From NCBI GenBank assembly GCA_016198585.1, contig JACQII010000006.1:34296-98295 (forward strand): a stretch of DNA of 64,000 nucleotides. Direction: 5' to 3'. Under the pieces are notes generated by a model. It made no database searches. It had not been told where the DNA came from and was given only the letters and a program-made list of their open reading frames with translations. Within the stretch, counting starts at the first letter, position 1. Every line of letters begins with the position of its first letter. Positions 17,087 to 26,116 of this stretch are shown here, piece by piece. A program made the position numbers and the translations under genes. Source of the stretch: Candidatus Aenigmatarchaeota archaeon (GTDB taxonomy: Archaea; Aenigmatarchaeota; Aenigmatarchaeia; QMZP01).

Positions 17087-20000
17087 TTATCTGCCGTGGC
17101 CTTTCCAGGAGAACCGCTTCCGTTTCCGGTGCAGCGGGTGGTCTGTATGTGGGGTCCGGCGGGGCTTGAGCTTGCCGATGCCCCTCGTGATCCACCGACC
17201 GAGGGCGCGGGGGCTCAGCCGCTCCCGCAGCAGCGAGGCCCGGCGCTGCCTCGTCTCAGTCAGCAGGCTGCGCGTCTTAAGGATCTTGGCCTGGCCCTCG
17301 GTGAGGATCGTGTTGAAGGTGTTCTCGTCGATGATCCGCTTGAAGTACTGCTTCTCGGTTTCCACCCGCGTGTTCACCAGGGTCTTCTCCTCGCGGGTGA
17401 GGCGCATGATCTCCCTACCCATGCGGATGAACGGCGCCAGGATCTCGGCGACCAGGTAGGTCGCCAGGAGGATGACGATCGCCCCGAAGAGGATGATCCA
17501 CCGGTTCTCGAGGAGGAACTTGGTGATGGAGAGTTCAAAGAGTTGGCTCTCAGCTGCGTTGATGGAGTCGGCCGCGTAGTCCAGATTGGCCTCGAGGAAC
17601 CCAGGTTGGTCGGCCGCGATGTTCTTCTTCGCGTCCTCGAGGGCCGCCGCGACCCCGTCGGCGATGCTCTTCAAGCCCTCGACGCTCACGCCCGCTTCCT
17701 CGTACTGGGCGACCGTCTCCTGGAGCGCGGCCAGCTGCTGCTCCAGCTCGGCGATCTGGGGGATCAGCGCGTTCTCGAGGACCGTGACCTTGACTGCCTT
17801 GGTCTGCACGAGGCTCTTGAAGCTGAGGTTGAACGTGACCAGGTAGCTCCCGGTCGATTGGGTGAGCGGAGCCCGGATGGCCACGGCGACATCCACCCCT
17901 GCCTTGGGCAGCAGCTCGAACGCTGGGACTGCGGAAACCTCGCAGCATTGCTTGTCCACGACCGCAACCAGCTGCAGCAGCTGGTCGCCGGTGTTGGCGA
18001 CGCTGAGGATGACGCTCTCATTGCTACCCTGGATGAGCTCCAGCTCCACGGGGAAGGCGGTCAGGTTGAAGTCGAACACGCCCAGGCAGGCCGGAACAGC
18101 GATGCACTGGGAGGTCAGGTTGTTGCAGCCGACCGGGTTACAGACCCTGGTCTGGAACATCTGGTCAGGACTGCAGAGCCCGATCCCGCAGCCCTGGTTC
18201 ACCCATTCGCCGCACGTGCAGCCGGGGACGCCAGCGCCTCCCCCACCCCCGCCGCCTCCGCCCGAGCTGCCGCCTGACGAGGGCGTCGTCGTGGAGAGGG
18301 CAAGGTTCGCACTGCCCGTGTTATTGAAATCGTCTGTTGCATTTGCCGCGAGGACGAAGTTCGCTCCGTTCTCATCCTTCGCCCGGCAGGTCTGGGAGGT
18401 GTTCTGGTAGACATCCCCGGTCCCGTTCGAAATCATGAATGCCACGTTCGGGCACGTCAGGTTCGCGCTCACCAGGTAGGTGAGGTTCTCGTTCCGAACG
18501 TTCCTGATCAGGACCTGCGGGTTCGGGTCGGAAATGATCTGGTTAGCCGAGTAGCTTCCCCCAGCTGCGGGCTGGGTGAACGTCAGGACTAGGGACGCGG
18601 AGACATTGAAGGTGTAATTCAGGGCCAGCGTGCGGCCTTCCTTGCTGATGTTGATCGCAACCGTCCAGTTCCCAGCCGGATCCGAGGGGAGGATGGGCAG
18701 CGAGAAGTTGTTGGCGATCCCGCTCAGGTTCACCACCGAGGATTGATTGAACTTGGTCACGTTGACCGTCCACCTCACCTCAGTGACCGTTCCGTTCAGG
18801 CTGTCGATGACCGTGAAGTTGATGCTCTCCCCACGGTTATAGATCGTCCGGTTCACGGTCACATTGATCTTCTCGATCTCCACGATGCTGAGGTTGGCCG
18901 TGGTTGTATTTGATACTGATGCAGAGTACCAGATACCGGGCTGGTTAGTGATGCTACAATTAAAGCTCACGTTAAAGGTCGTCGAATTCACCAACGAAGT
19001 GGTATCGAGATACAGCCAGGAAGCCAGACCGGAAGAGTTGGTAAGGTTGTATCCAAGCAAGGTGTTATTCTTCCAGAAGCTCACATTGTAGCTCGGAATC
19101 ACCGCCGTCGAGTTCGAGTCTGTGACATTGCAGTATATGGTGACGTTACTGCCGTTAAGTATGCTCGTTGGGGAACTGAACGTGATGTTCCTTGCGTCCG
19201 CGTCCCCCAGGAGGGCAAAGGACTTGGACGCCGATGTTCCATTTTCCTGACCAAAGGTGTCTGTCGCATAGATCGCCGTGATATTGACTATTCCAGCGCG
19301 CGGGAATTGTGTATAGTTCGTGAGATTCAACGTGACATTTGTCCAGTTCCCCGTGAATGACGTGATTACGCTGTAATTCACGAACGTTCCGGTGGCATTG
19401 TGTTCGATTGTGGCGTTCAGCACGTTGTCGGTTATCCAAAGGGCTGAGGCTGTGAGGTTGTCGTTGCGGGTGAAGTTGATTCCATTACTGATGTTCTGTG
19501 TCGTGTCGTTTTTTATAGTGAAATTGAAGACGTTGTGAGGGGTACGATAGGTAATGTTGACGCGCACAAGGTCTATGCGGAGTTGCTTCACCGCTCCAGT
19601 TTGCGTATAGTTAAGTCTTACTGTGATGTTCTCAGTAAGCAACTGGGTTGATGTTATATTTGTAATGTTCAGTTTTATTAGTTCGTCGGTAGTGCCAGGA
19701 CATGTTGTATCATTCACAATATTCCACGAGCCATTAAAGACTTCGATAAAACATTTCGGAGTATTCAATAAGCTCGAGATGGACCATTCAACTTGTAACT
19801 CAACATAGAGAATGACGCTTCCGTTTAATAACTTTGTACTATTGAGTACAACTGTTAGATTTGCTGATCTACTCGATGAAACACTGAGACCAGAATCCGC
19901 ATAGATATCATCGCTAATGTTGACTTGATCGCAAGTGCAGGTTCCTTCTGCTCCAGAGTCGCCACAACTCAGAATTTGTGTGCAGTTTTGAAAAGATTGG

Positions 20001-20092
20001 GGATTTGAAACACCTGGTGATCTGACCAAGACCGCTAGAAACGAAATGAAGAGAAGGATAGATACAAACAATATCCCTCTTCTAATTTCCAT
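17087..20092 (-). CDS. large cell-surface glycoprotein, family B. Signal peptide, >50 N-x-S/T sequons, poly-Gly linker, Cys module, coiled coil, TM helix, ~110-aa basic cytoplasmic tail
   Basis: 1001 aa. The N-terminal ~410 aa are encoded by low-GC DNA. SSGGSSGGGGGGGGGAGVPGCTCGEW linker. Coiled coil IPQIAELEQQLAALQETVAQYEE. TM WIILFGAIVILLATYLVAEILAPFI followed by an R/K-rich tail. Confidence 0.8.
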   Translation of the reverse strand: MEIRRGILFVSILLFISFLAVLVRSPGVSNPQSFQNCTQILSCGDSGAEGTCTCDQVNISDDIYADSGLSVSSSRSANLTVVLNSTKLLNGSVILYVELQVEWSISSLLNTPKCFIEVFNGSWNIVNDTTCPGTTDELIKLNITNITSTQLLTENITVRLNYTQTGAVKQLRIDLVRVNITYRTPHNVFNFTIKNDTTQNISNGINFTRNDNLTASALWITDNVLNATIEHNATGTFVNYSVITSFTGNWTNVTLNLTNYTQFPRAGIVNITAIYATDTFGQENGTSASKSFALLGDADARNITFSSPTSILNGSNVTIYCNVTDSNSTAVIPSYNVSFWKNNTLLGYNLTNSSGLASWLYLDTTSLVNSTTFNVSFNCSITNQPGIWYSASVSNTTTANLSIVEIEKINVTVNRTIYNRGESINFTVIDSLNGTVTEVRWTVNVTKFNQSSVVNLSGIANNFSLPILPSDPAGNWTVAINISKEGRTLALNYTFNVSASLVLTFTQPAAGGSYSANQIISDPNPQVLIRNVRNENLTYLVSANLTCPNVAFMISNGTGDVYQNTSQTCRAKDENGANFVLAANATDDFNNTGSANLALSTTTPSSGGSSGGGGGGGGGAGVPGCTCGEWVNQGCGIGLCSPDQMFQTRVCNPVGCNNLTSQCIAVPACLGVFDFNLTAFPVELELIQGSNESVILSVANTGDQLLQLVAVVDKQCCEVSAVPAFELLPKAGVDVAVAIRAPLTQSTGSYLVTFNLSFKSLVQTKAVKVTVLENALIPQIAELEQQLAALQETVAQYEEAGVSVEGLKSIADGVAAALEDAKKNIAADQPGFLEANLDYAADSINAAESQLFELSITKFLLENRWIILFGAIVILLATYLVAEILAPFIRMGREIMRLTREEKTLVNTRVETEKQYFKRIIDENTFNTILTEGQAKILKTRSLLTETRQRRASLLRERLSPRALGRWITRGIGKLKPRRTPHTDHPLHRKRKRFSWKGHGR

Positions 20093-20940
20093 CTTCGAAT
20101 CCCTCCGTGATTTCCTCGATATATATAATAGGGAGGGATTATTAGAATAGCACAGAAAGATTCAGAGATCTGATGGAAGAGAAAGTTCTAGAAAGGGCTA
20201 ACAGAGGGATAATCGTCCTGAACCTGAAGTCCAATTCCCGGATCCGTATAGAAAGAGTCACAAATCATATCTGAATTGTCATCAACACAGCCTTCCGAAG
20301 ACTCGTCAAAGTTTGACCAGTAGTTGCCACTCTGTCCAGAGATCCAGATATTAGAAGTAGCTGAAGTGCTCAGGTAGACCTGATTCAAACCGTCATTATT
20401 CTCGATGAAGTTATTGCTATAAATAGCGTTCCCAGTAGTGGAAAAAAGCATCTCAAGACCAGCGATAGAATTGAATGTAATATCATTGCTTGCTATTACA
20501 CTATCTTTAACGCCATCAAAGCCCATTCCGCCAGCAAGATTTTCGCTAATAACATTGGAATAGATATTGTTCGTCATTGTGTTTCCACCAAAAACTCCAT
20601 ATCCGTCATTTCCAAAGACATTATTATCGTAAATATTGAATCCGTCTCCTCCTGACCACGAAATTCCGTGTTCTTCGTTACTAAACACTACAAGATTACG
20701 CAAAATAACATTATCTGATCCCAAATCGTCAAATACTCCAACAGCGAAGTCTCTGATGCTGAGATCTTCTACCACGAGTTGCGATCTCCCGTTGAGATTA
20801 ACGCCTACATCCGCATCGTGGTCGTCGTTACCATCAATCGTGAAGCCACCGCCATTGAAGACAACATTGTCCGCGTTGAAAGTGGCGCATGTACCGTCAA
20901 AGTTGTTGATTGTTTGGGTGAGCGTCACTTTGTCAAAATA
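18860..20940. other. ~2.1-kb low-GC (~40%) codon-atypical block spanning the 3' part of the beta-helix gene, the intergenic promoter and the 5' ~1.2 kb of the giant glycoprotein gene
   Basis: Sharp composition shift at both ends inside continuous ORFs. Third codon positions are A/T-rich within the block and G/C-rich outside. Confidence 0.7.
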
Positions 20941-22020
20941 GCCGTTCAGCCTGTCGCTGGCCTCCGTGCAGGAGGCCGCTGTCGCCGTCAGGTAGACCGT
21001 GAAGGGGATTTGGGGGGTGTCGGTGACTTTGCCGGCGAGGTCGACCGCGTGGAAGGTGACCTCGTGGCTGCCGCGCGCCAGGCTGACCTGGACTTCCCAG
21101 GTGTTCCCCGCCTGCTGGACCATCGAGAGGAAGGGACTGCCGTCGACCGAGTAGGTCGCTTGCTCGAGAGGCTCGTTCACGGTCATGGAGAGGGTGACCG
21201 GGGCAGGGGCGACGTTCACCGGCCCGTTGATCACCTGGCCGACTGTCGGGGACGTGGCGAGGATGGCCGGAGCGAGGTCGATGGTGAACAGCCCGACCGC
21301 CGTGGTGGGCTTGCTGGCGAGATCGATCGCCAGGACCTGGACCATGTAGTCGCCGCCGAGGGTAGTCGAGGTGAACATGCCTTCGTACGTGCTGCCGCTC
21401 GGTGTGAGCGTGACCTGGGTGACCGAGAGATCAGGAAGCGTGACCTCAGCCGTGACTGAGGCGATCCCAAAGTTGTCCGTCACCTCGGCGGTGACCGTCA
21501 CCGGTTCGTCCTGCTCGAAGGTCTCCCCGTTCGGGACCAGGACGGTGACTTCAGGGGGGGTCGTGTCAACGACGGCGAACCCGGACAGGGCGATGCCGCT
21601 GGGCGCGTTCAGGATCTTGGGTTTCGCCACGACCTGGAGAGCATATTGGCCGAGCTCGACCGGGTTGAACGTGGCCTCATAGACGTTGCCGTTCTTGAGC
21701 ATCTGCAGGATCTGTGGGCCGCTGGGGGTGTCCAGAGTGGCTTTCACCGAGACCAGGGAACCGGCGTAGGTGACCTGGGCCTGGATCAGGACTTGACCAG
21801 GATATTCTACTTGGAGATCAGGAAGAGGGCTCAGGATGGTTACGATCGGTCCCGGCTGGGAGGGCAAGGTCGTCGGCTTCGGCCGGCCGCTGGTCGCGAT
21901 CGAGGGAGAGCTGGACCCGAGTCCGCTATAGGTAGATAGTTGAGCGGCAGCGAGCTGGGCAATCGCCAGCGTCGACGCTAGGAAGACTCCCATGACCACC
22001 AGGATGACGAGCTTCTGCAT
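20188..22020 (-). CDS. secreted protein with Ig-like domains and a C-terminal right-handed parallel beta-helix (PbH1/CASH, NosD-like) domain
   Basis: Signal peptide MQKLVILVVMGVFLASTLAIAQLAAAQ. Repetitive N.I..N.. units (ILRNLVVFSNEEHGISWSGGDGFNIYDNNVFGNDGYGVFGGNTMTNNIYSNVISEN...) characteristic of beta-helix repeats. The beta-helix part lies in the low-GC block. Confidence 0.7.
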   Translation of the reverse strand: MQKLVILVVMGVFLASTLAIAQLAAAQLSTYSGLGSSSPSIATSGRPKPTTLPSQPGPIVTILSPLPDLQVEYPGQVLIQAQVTYAGSLVSVKATLDTPSGPQILQMLKNGNVYEATFNPVELGQYALQVVAKPKILNAPSGIALSGFAVVDTTPPEVTVLVPNGETFEQDEPVTVTAEVTDNFGIASVTAEVTLPDLSVTQVTLTPSGSTYEGMFTSTTLGGDYMVQVLAIDLASKPTTAVGLFTIDLAPAILATSPTVGQVINGPVNVAPAPVTLSMTVNEPLEQATYSVDGSPFLSMVQQAGNTWEVQVSLARGSHEVTFHAVDLAGKVTDTPQIPFTVYLTATAASCTEASDRLNGYFDKVTLTQTINNFDGTCATFNADNVVFNGGGFTIDGNDDHDADVGVNLNGRSQLVVEDLSIRDFAVGVFDDLGSDNVILRNLVVFSNEEHGISWSGGDGFNIYDNNVFGNDGYGVFGGNTMTNNIYSNVISENLAGGMGFDGVKDSVIASNDITFNSIAGLEMLFSTTGNAIYSNNFIENNDGLNQVYLSTSATSNIWISGQSGNYWSNFDESSEGCVDDNSDMICDSFYTDPGIGLQVQDDYPSVSPF

Positions 22021-22166
22021 GCTTCCCTTCCCTGAACGCCTCTTGATTTTTCGCTTAATAAAGGTGTATCACGGTGTTGTGTTAATTACTTGGTAGTGAC
22101 AGTATTTAAAGCTTTCCAGGCGCCCAAAACCGCCCTTTTAAGGGCCGGAGCGAATATAATATCTGC

Positions 22167-22895
22167 ATGGCCACCGACAGGATCCCGACCGGTGTCACCG
22201 GCCTGGACAGCAAGATGCAAGGCGGGTTCTTCCCAGGCAGCGTCAACCTCATTACCGGGAGGACGGGGACCGGGAAATCCACCTTCTGCTCCTCCTTCCT
22301 GTACGCCGGCGCCCTGAAGAAGGAGCCTGGCCTGTACATCACGACCGAGGAACGCGAGCAGGACATCAAGGGCGACATCCAGGCCATGTTCGGCTGGGAC
22401 TTGGAGAAGCTGGAGAAGCAGAAGCTGCTGAAGTTCATCTCCCTGAAGCCGGTCTTCCCGGGCAAGAAACTGAGCCTGGACGACATCAACCGCCTCATCA
22501 AACTCTACGTGTTCGACGTCTCCGAGCAGCTGGACCAGGGGATCAAGGCCGTCAAGGCCCGGCGCGTGGTGATTGACTCGGTCTCGATCATCGAGATGTT
22601 CATCAAGGATGAGTACCTCTCCCGGACCGTGCTCATGCACATCGTGGAGAAGCTCAAGTCCCTGGGCGTGACGTCGCTCTTCACCGGGACCGTACCCGAG
22701 ACGTCTGAGGGCCTCTCCGGCGGTGGGATCATAGAGTACCTGGTCGACGGCGTGATCAAGCTCGACTTCGTGCCCGTGGCGGAGGAGTTCAAGCGCACGC
22801 TGACGATCCGGAAGATGCGGCGCACGGATCATTCGGTGATGATCCATCCCTTTGACATTGCCAAGACCGGACTGAAAGTTATCGAGATTAAGTAG
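22167..22895 (+). CDS. KaiC-like single-domain RecA-superfamily ATPase
   Basis: IPTGVTGLDSKMQGGF...LITGRTGTGKSTF (Walker A)...GLYITTEE...VVIDSVS (Walker B)...IRKMRRTDH. Confidence 0.75.
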   Translation: MATDRIPTGVTGLDSKMQGGFFPGSVNLITGRTGTGKSTFCSSFLYAGALKKEPGLYITTEEREQDIKGDIQAMFGWDLEKLEKQKLLKFISLKPVFPGKKLSLDDINRLIKLYVFDVSEQLDQGIKAVKARRVVIDSVSIIEMFIKDEYLSRTVLMHIVEKLKSLGVTSLFTGTVPETSEGLSGGGIIEYLVDGVIKLDFVPVAEEFKRTLTIRKMRRTDHSVMIHPFDIAKTGLKVIEIK

Positions 22896-22944
22896 CCCCT
22901 TCTTTGTAGGGAGCTTCTGGAGAACACAAAAAATACTTGCGACC

Positions 22945-23628
22945 TCAGATCTCCGACTGCCGGATGGCGATGCCCTTCTTGCTGATGACCATGGGGTAGA
23001 CGTCCTTCCCATGATCGGTCCGGCGCATCTTCCGGATCTGCAAACTCCGGGAGGTCGAGCCCTCGACACCCAGGTAGCTTAGCACGATGACCGCGTCAGC
23101 CACGAACTCCTCGACCCCGAACATGCTCAGGCCCTTGGAGCCCTCGGGAATGTCGGCCATGAGGAGGGCAGTCGTGTGGCCGGCGCGCTTGATGGTACTG
23201 ATGATGCCATAGAGCTTCTTGCGGATCTGCGCAGGGTTCTCCATGGCGAGGGTCATGACCGACGTCGAGTCGATCGCCAGGCGCTTGGCCCGCGAGCGGC
23301 TGAGCTCGTCGAGGATCACGGTCCCGATGTTGTTGATCTGGGCAGGGTCATGGTAGATGATCTTGCAGAGGCCCTTCTTCTCGTACTTCTGGAAGTCCCA
23401 ACCGAACTGCAGGGAGTCCGCCCGGATGTCTTCAGGGGTCTCCTCCAGGGTGATGTAGAGACCAGGGTCCCCCCGTTCGAGGCCGTGGTAGATGAACTGT
23501 GAAGCCAGGATAGTCTTCCCACACCCGGTCCCGCCGGACACCAGGATGACCGAGTTCTCCACCAGCCCGCCTTCGATGAGACTGTCGAGTCCCGGGATGC
23601 CGGTCTTGACCCGCTGCAGTAGCGGCAT
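22945..23628 (-). CDS. KaiC-like single-domain RecA-superfamily ATPase (paralog of 22167..22895)
   Basis: VKTGIPGLDSLIEGGL...VSGGTGCGKTIL...GLYITLEE...LAIDSTS...IRKMRRTDH; clearly paralogous to the convergent neighbour. Confidence 0.75.
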   Translation of the reverse strand: MPLLQRVKTGIPGLDSLIEGGLVENSVILVSGGTGCGKTILASQFIYHGLERGDPGLYITLEETPEDIRADSLQFGWDFQKYEKKGLCKIIYHDPAQINNIGTVILDELSRSRAKRLAIDSTSVMTLAMENPAQIRKKLYGIISTIKRAGHTTALLMADIPEGSKGLSMFGVEEFVADAVIVLSYLGVEGSTSRSLQIRKMRRTDHGKDVYPMVISKKGIAIRQSEI

Positions 23629-23743
23629 GGTATATTATGGGTCGCGGCCTCTTAAGAGCTTGTGAGACCGGCCAGCGACCGCGAAGAAGCGCGCACAAGA
23701 GCGGTCCTGCAGCTATTTTAAGCTTGCAGCCCCATTGGTGTCC

Positions 23744-24808
23744 ATGGACATCATGGCGTACCTGGACGCCCAGAAGCAGCAGATTGACACCCTCATCCGC
23801 CGCTACCTCCCCCAGACCATGGACGCCAAGGAGGTGGAATGGCTCGCAGGCAAGCCGCGGTTCGCGCATGACCGGGAAGCCATCGCCAACAGCCTCCTCG
23901 TGCCGAGCTGGGACCTGCTCAACCGCGGCGGCAAGCGCTGGCGACCTGCATTGTTCCTCCTCCTCGTCGAGGCGCTCGGCGGCGACGTGAACAAGGTCCG
24001 CGACGTCGCGATTCTCCCCGAGCTGGTCCATAACGGGACCCTGATCATCGACGACATCGAAGACGGCGGCGAGGTGCGCCGCGGCAAGCCTTGCCTCCAC
24101 AAGATCTACGGGATCGACATCGCCATCAACGCGGGCAACTTCCTCTACTTCCATCCCCTCCTGACCTTTGCCAAGCAGGCTGGCCGGTTCGACGACACGA
24201 CCCTGCGTCGCGCCTACGAGGCCTACGCGCAGGAGATGATCAACGTGAGCATCGGCCAGGGGACGGACATCTACTGGCACAAGGGCAAGAAGTCCCGGAT
24301 CAGCGAGGAACAGTACCTGCAGATGTGCGCCTTCAAGACCGGCTGCCTCTCACGGCTGGCTGGCCGGCTGGCGGCCATCTTCGCCGGGGCCGACAAGGCG
24401 GCCGAGGACAAGGTCGGCCGGTTCTGCGAGTCCGTCGGGATCGCCTTCCAGATTCAGGACGACATCCTCTCCGCGACCGCGACGGGCGAGTTTGCCAAGC
24501 GGAAAGGCTACGGCGACGACATCACCGAGGGCAAGCGCTCGCTCCTCGTGATCCACGCCCTCGGGAAGGCCGACCCCGAGGACCGGCTGCGTCTCCTGGA
24601 TATCTTGAACCGCCACACCCGGGAGGAGAAGGCGATTGCGGAGGCCCTGGCGATCCTGAAGAAGTACCAGTCGGCCGAGTATGCCAAGCGCATCGCCCGG
24701 ACCCTCGTCGAAGACGCGTGGGAAGCCCTGGAACCTGAACTGGACGCGTCGCACGCCAAGGAGCTCCTCGCCAGCCTCGTGCGCTTCGCGACTGAGCGCC
24801 AGATCTGA
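23744..24808 (+). CDS. idsA: geranylgeranyl diphosphate synthase (trans-polyprenyl synthetase)
   Basis: First Asp-rich motif LIIDDIEDGGEVRRG and second motif FQIQDDILS. TATA GCTATTTTAAGC 27 nt upstream of ATG 23744. The track ORF starts at TTG 23735. Confidence 0.8.
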   Translation: MDIMAYLDAQKQQIDTLIRRYLPQTMDAKEVEWLAGKPRFAHDREAIANSLLVPSWDLLNRGGKRWRPALFLLLVEALGGDVNKVRDVAILPELVHNGTLIIDDIEDGGEVRRGKPCLHKIYGIDIAINAGNFLYFHPLLTFAKQAGRFDDTTLRRAYEAYAQEMINVSIGQGTDIYWHKGKKSRISEEQYLQMCAFKTGCLSRLAGRLAAIFAGADKAAEDKVGRFCESVGIAFQIQDDILSATATGEFAKRKGYGDDITEGKRSLLVIHALGKADPEDRLRLLDILNRHTREEKAIAEALAILKKYQSAEYAKRIARTLVEDAWEALEPELDASHAKELLASLVRFATERQI

Positions 24809-24857
24809 GAGAAAGGAGACGGCGCAATCTTCTTAAACGCCCGCGCCAATAGCAGGC

Positions 24858-25043
24858 ATGGACATCCGCGGCAGGCTGCGGGACTATCGGCGCGTGCTCC
24901 AAATCGCGCGCAAGCCCACGAAGGATGAGTTCACCACCTCGGCCAAGGTCACCTCGGTCGGGCTGCTGATCATCGGCTTCATCGGCTTCCTCATCTTCCT
25001 GCTCTTCATCGCCAGCTGCAGCATGGCCGGCATCTTGTGCTGA
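24858..25043 (+). CDS. secE: protein translocase subunit SecE / Sec61-gamma
   Basis: 61 aa, ...[33 protein letters not shown] single C-terminal TM. Conserved position upstream of spt5-rpl11. Confidence 0.75.
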   Translation: MDIRGRLRDYRRVLQIARKPTKDEFTTSAKVTSVGLLIIGFIGFLIFLLFIASCSMAGILC

Positions 25044-25055
25044 AATGGGTGGTTT

Positions 25056-25433
25056 ATGCGTTTCTTGGTAAAGAAAATCGTTGTTGATAGAGGCGTAAGT
25101 TTGACGGCGTCGCCAGACTCCACTAAATACGAGTTGAATGATATAAAGCGTGCCTGGGTAGATTGCGAATTAACGAATGGAGAGACCTCTGAGATCACCC
25201 TAATAATTGAAGGAATTAATCGTGGACGATACCTCACGATAAGTATAAAGAAAGGCTCAATTGAAACGCGTCATGCAATGATAATATTACTTAAAGCGCT
25301 TTTTAACCTTCTTCAAAAGAAGCCGTTTAACCCTATTGATTCTTCGGGAAATATTTGTATCTTAAGCGTAGACGAACTGGAAATTCTTGGAGCTTTACAT
25401 AAGATCAAGGATATGGGAGGTCTTGACATCTAA
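25056..25433 (+). CDS. hypothetical protein encoded in low-GC island
   Basis: 125 aa; ~33% GC with AT-rich third positions, in contrast to the flanks. Confidence 0.5.
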   Translation: MRFLVKKIVVDRGVSLTASPDSTKYELNDIKRAWVDCELTNGETSEITLIIEGINRGRYLTISIKKGSIETRHAMIILLKALFNLLQKKPFNPIDSSGNICILSVDELEILGALHKIKDMGGLDI

Positions 25434-25507
25434 CAATCGGTTATGAACTGGATGTATCTCAGGACTTTTTCCAAGAGTCGGTCTTGTTCAATGTTGGGTA
25501 GTTAATT

Positions 25508-25969
25508 TCATCCCATGGTGATTTTTTCGCTAAGAAAGAAGGAGATGAAAAAAAGAAATATGATATATAATAAAGAGAACGTGGTATAAAACAAATAGTC
25601 AGAAACCAACATTTTAGAATATATGAACACATCATGAGCGATGAGTGATACAGAAACACTAGAAGTGAGTAGATTGAAATCTTTTTCTGACAAATAGTTT
25701 TCCTCTCTGACAGTAACCTTCTTTTTGATTCCTAATAGTTTAGTGAGCTTACTAAGAATAACATAGACAGGAAGAGAAAGGTGCTTTATAACAAAGGTGT
25801 AAGACAGAGTTAGTAAGAAGTAAGAGGCAATGGCCATCAGAAAAGGAAAGCTCTGAACAGAGACTTCAATGTTGAAGGAACTCGTGAGGATCTTCGCGAG
25901 AAATCCCACAATCACAGATGTTAAAGCAAGGGAGATTTCGGGCCTCTTTGTGTCATAGTCAATAGACAT
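25508..25969 (-). CDS. hypothetical 4-TM membrane protein encoded in low-GC island
   Basis: 153 aa, several hydrophobic helices, ~30% GC. Confidence 0.5.
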   Translation of the reverse strand: MSIDYDTKRPEISLALTSVIVGFLAKILTSSFNIEVSVQSFPFLMAIASYFLLTLSYTFVIKHLSLPVYVILSKLTKLLGIKKKVTVREENYLSEKDFNLLTSSVSVSLIAHDVFIYSKMLVSDYLFYTTFSLLYIIFLFFISFFLSEKITMG

Positions 25970-26116
25970 CGGATAGTAATTGATAGCTTGCTATAAAGCT
26001 AATGCCATGAGTATTTGTGCTAACTTGATTTTCTATACAAGCCTCTCATGATAACGTTTATAAACCCCCGCGGCAGATATCAACTATTCTTCGCAGCTTC
26101 ACTGGCTAGGGGAACC

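Larger units (their letters stand above)
25044..26116. other. ~1-kb low-GC (~32%) two-gene island inserted between secE and spt5
   Basis: Interrupts the otherwise universally conserved archaeal secE-spt5(nusG)-rpl11 arrangement; composition contrasts with both flanks. Confidence 0.7.
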
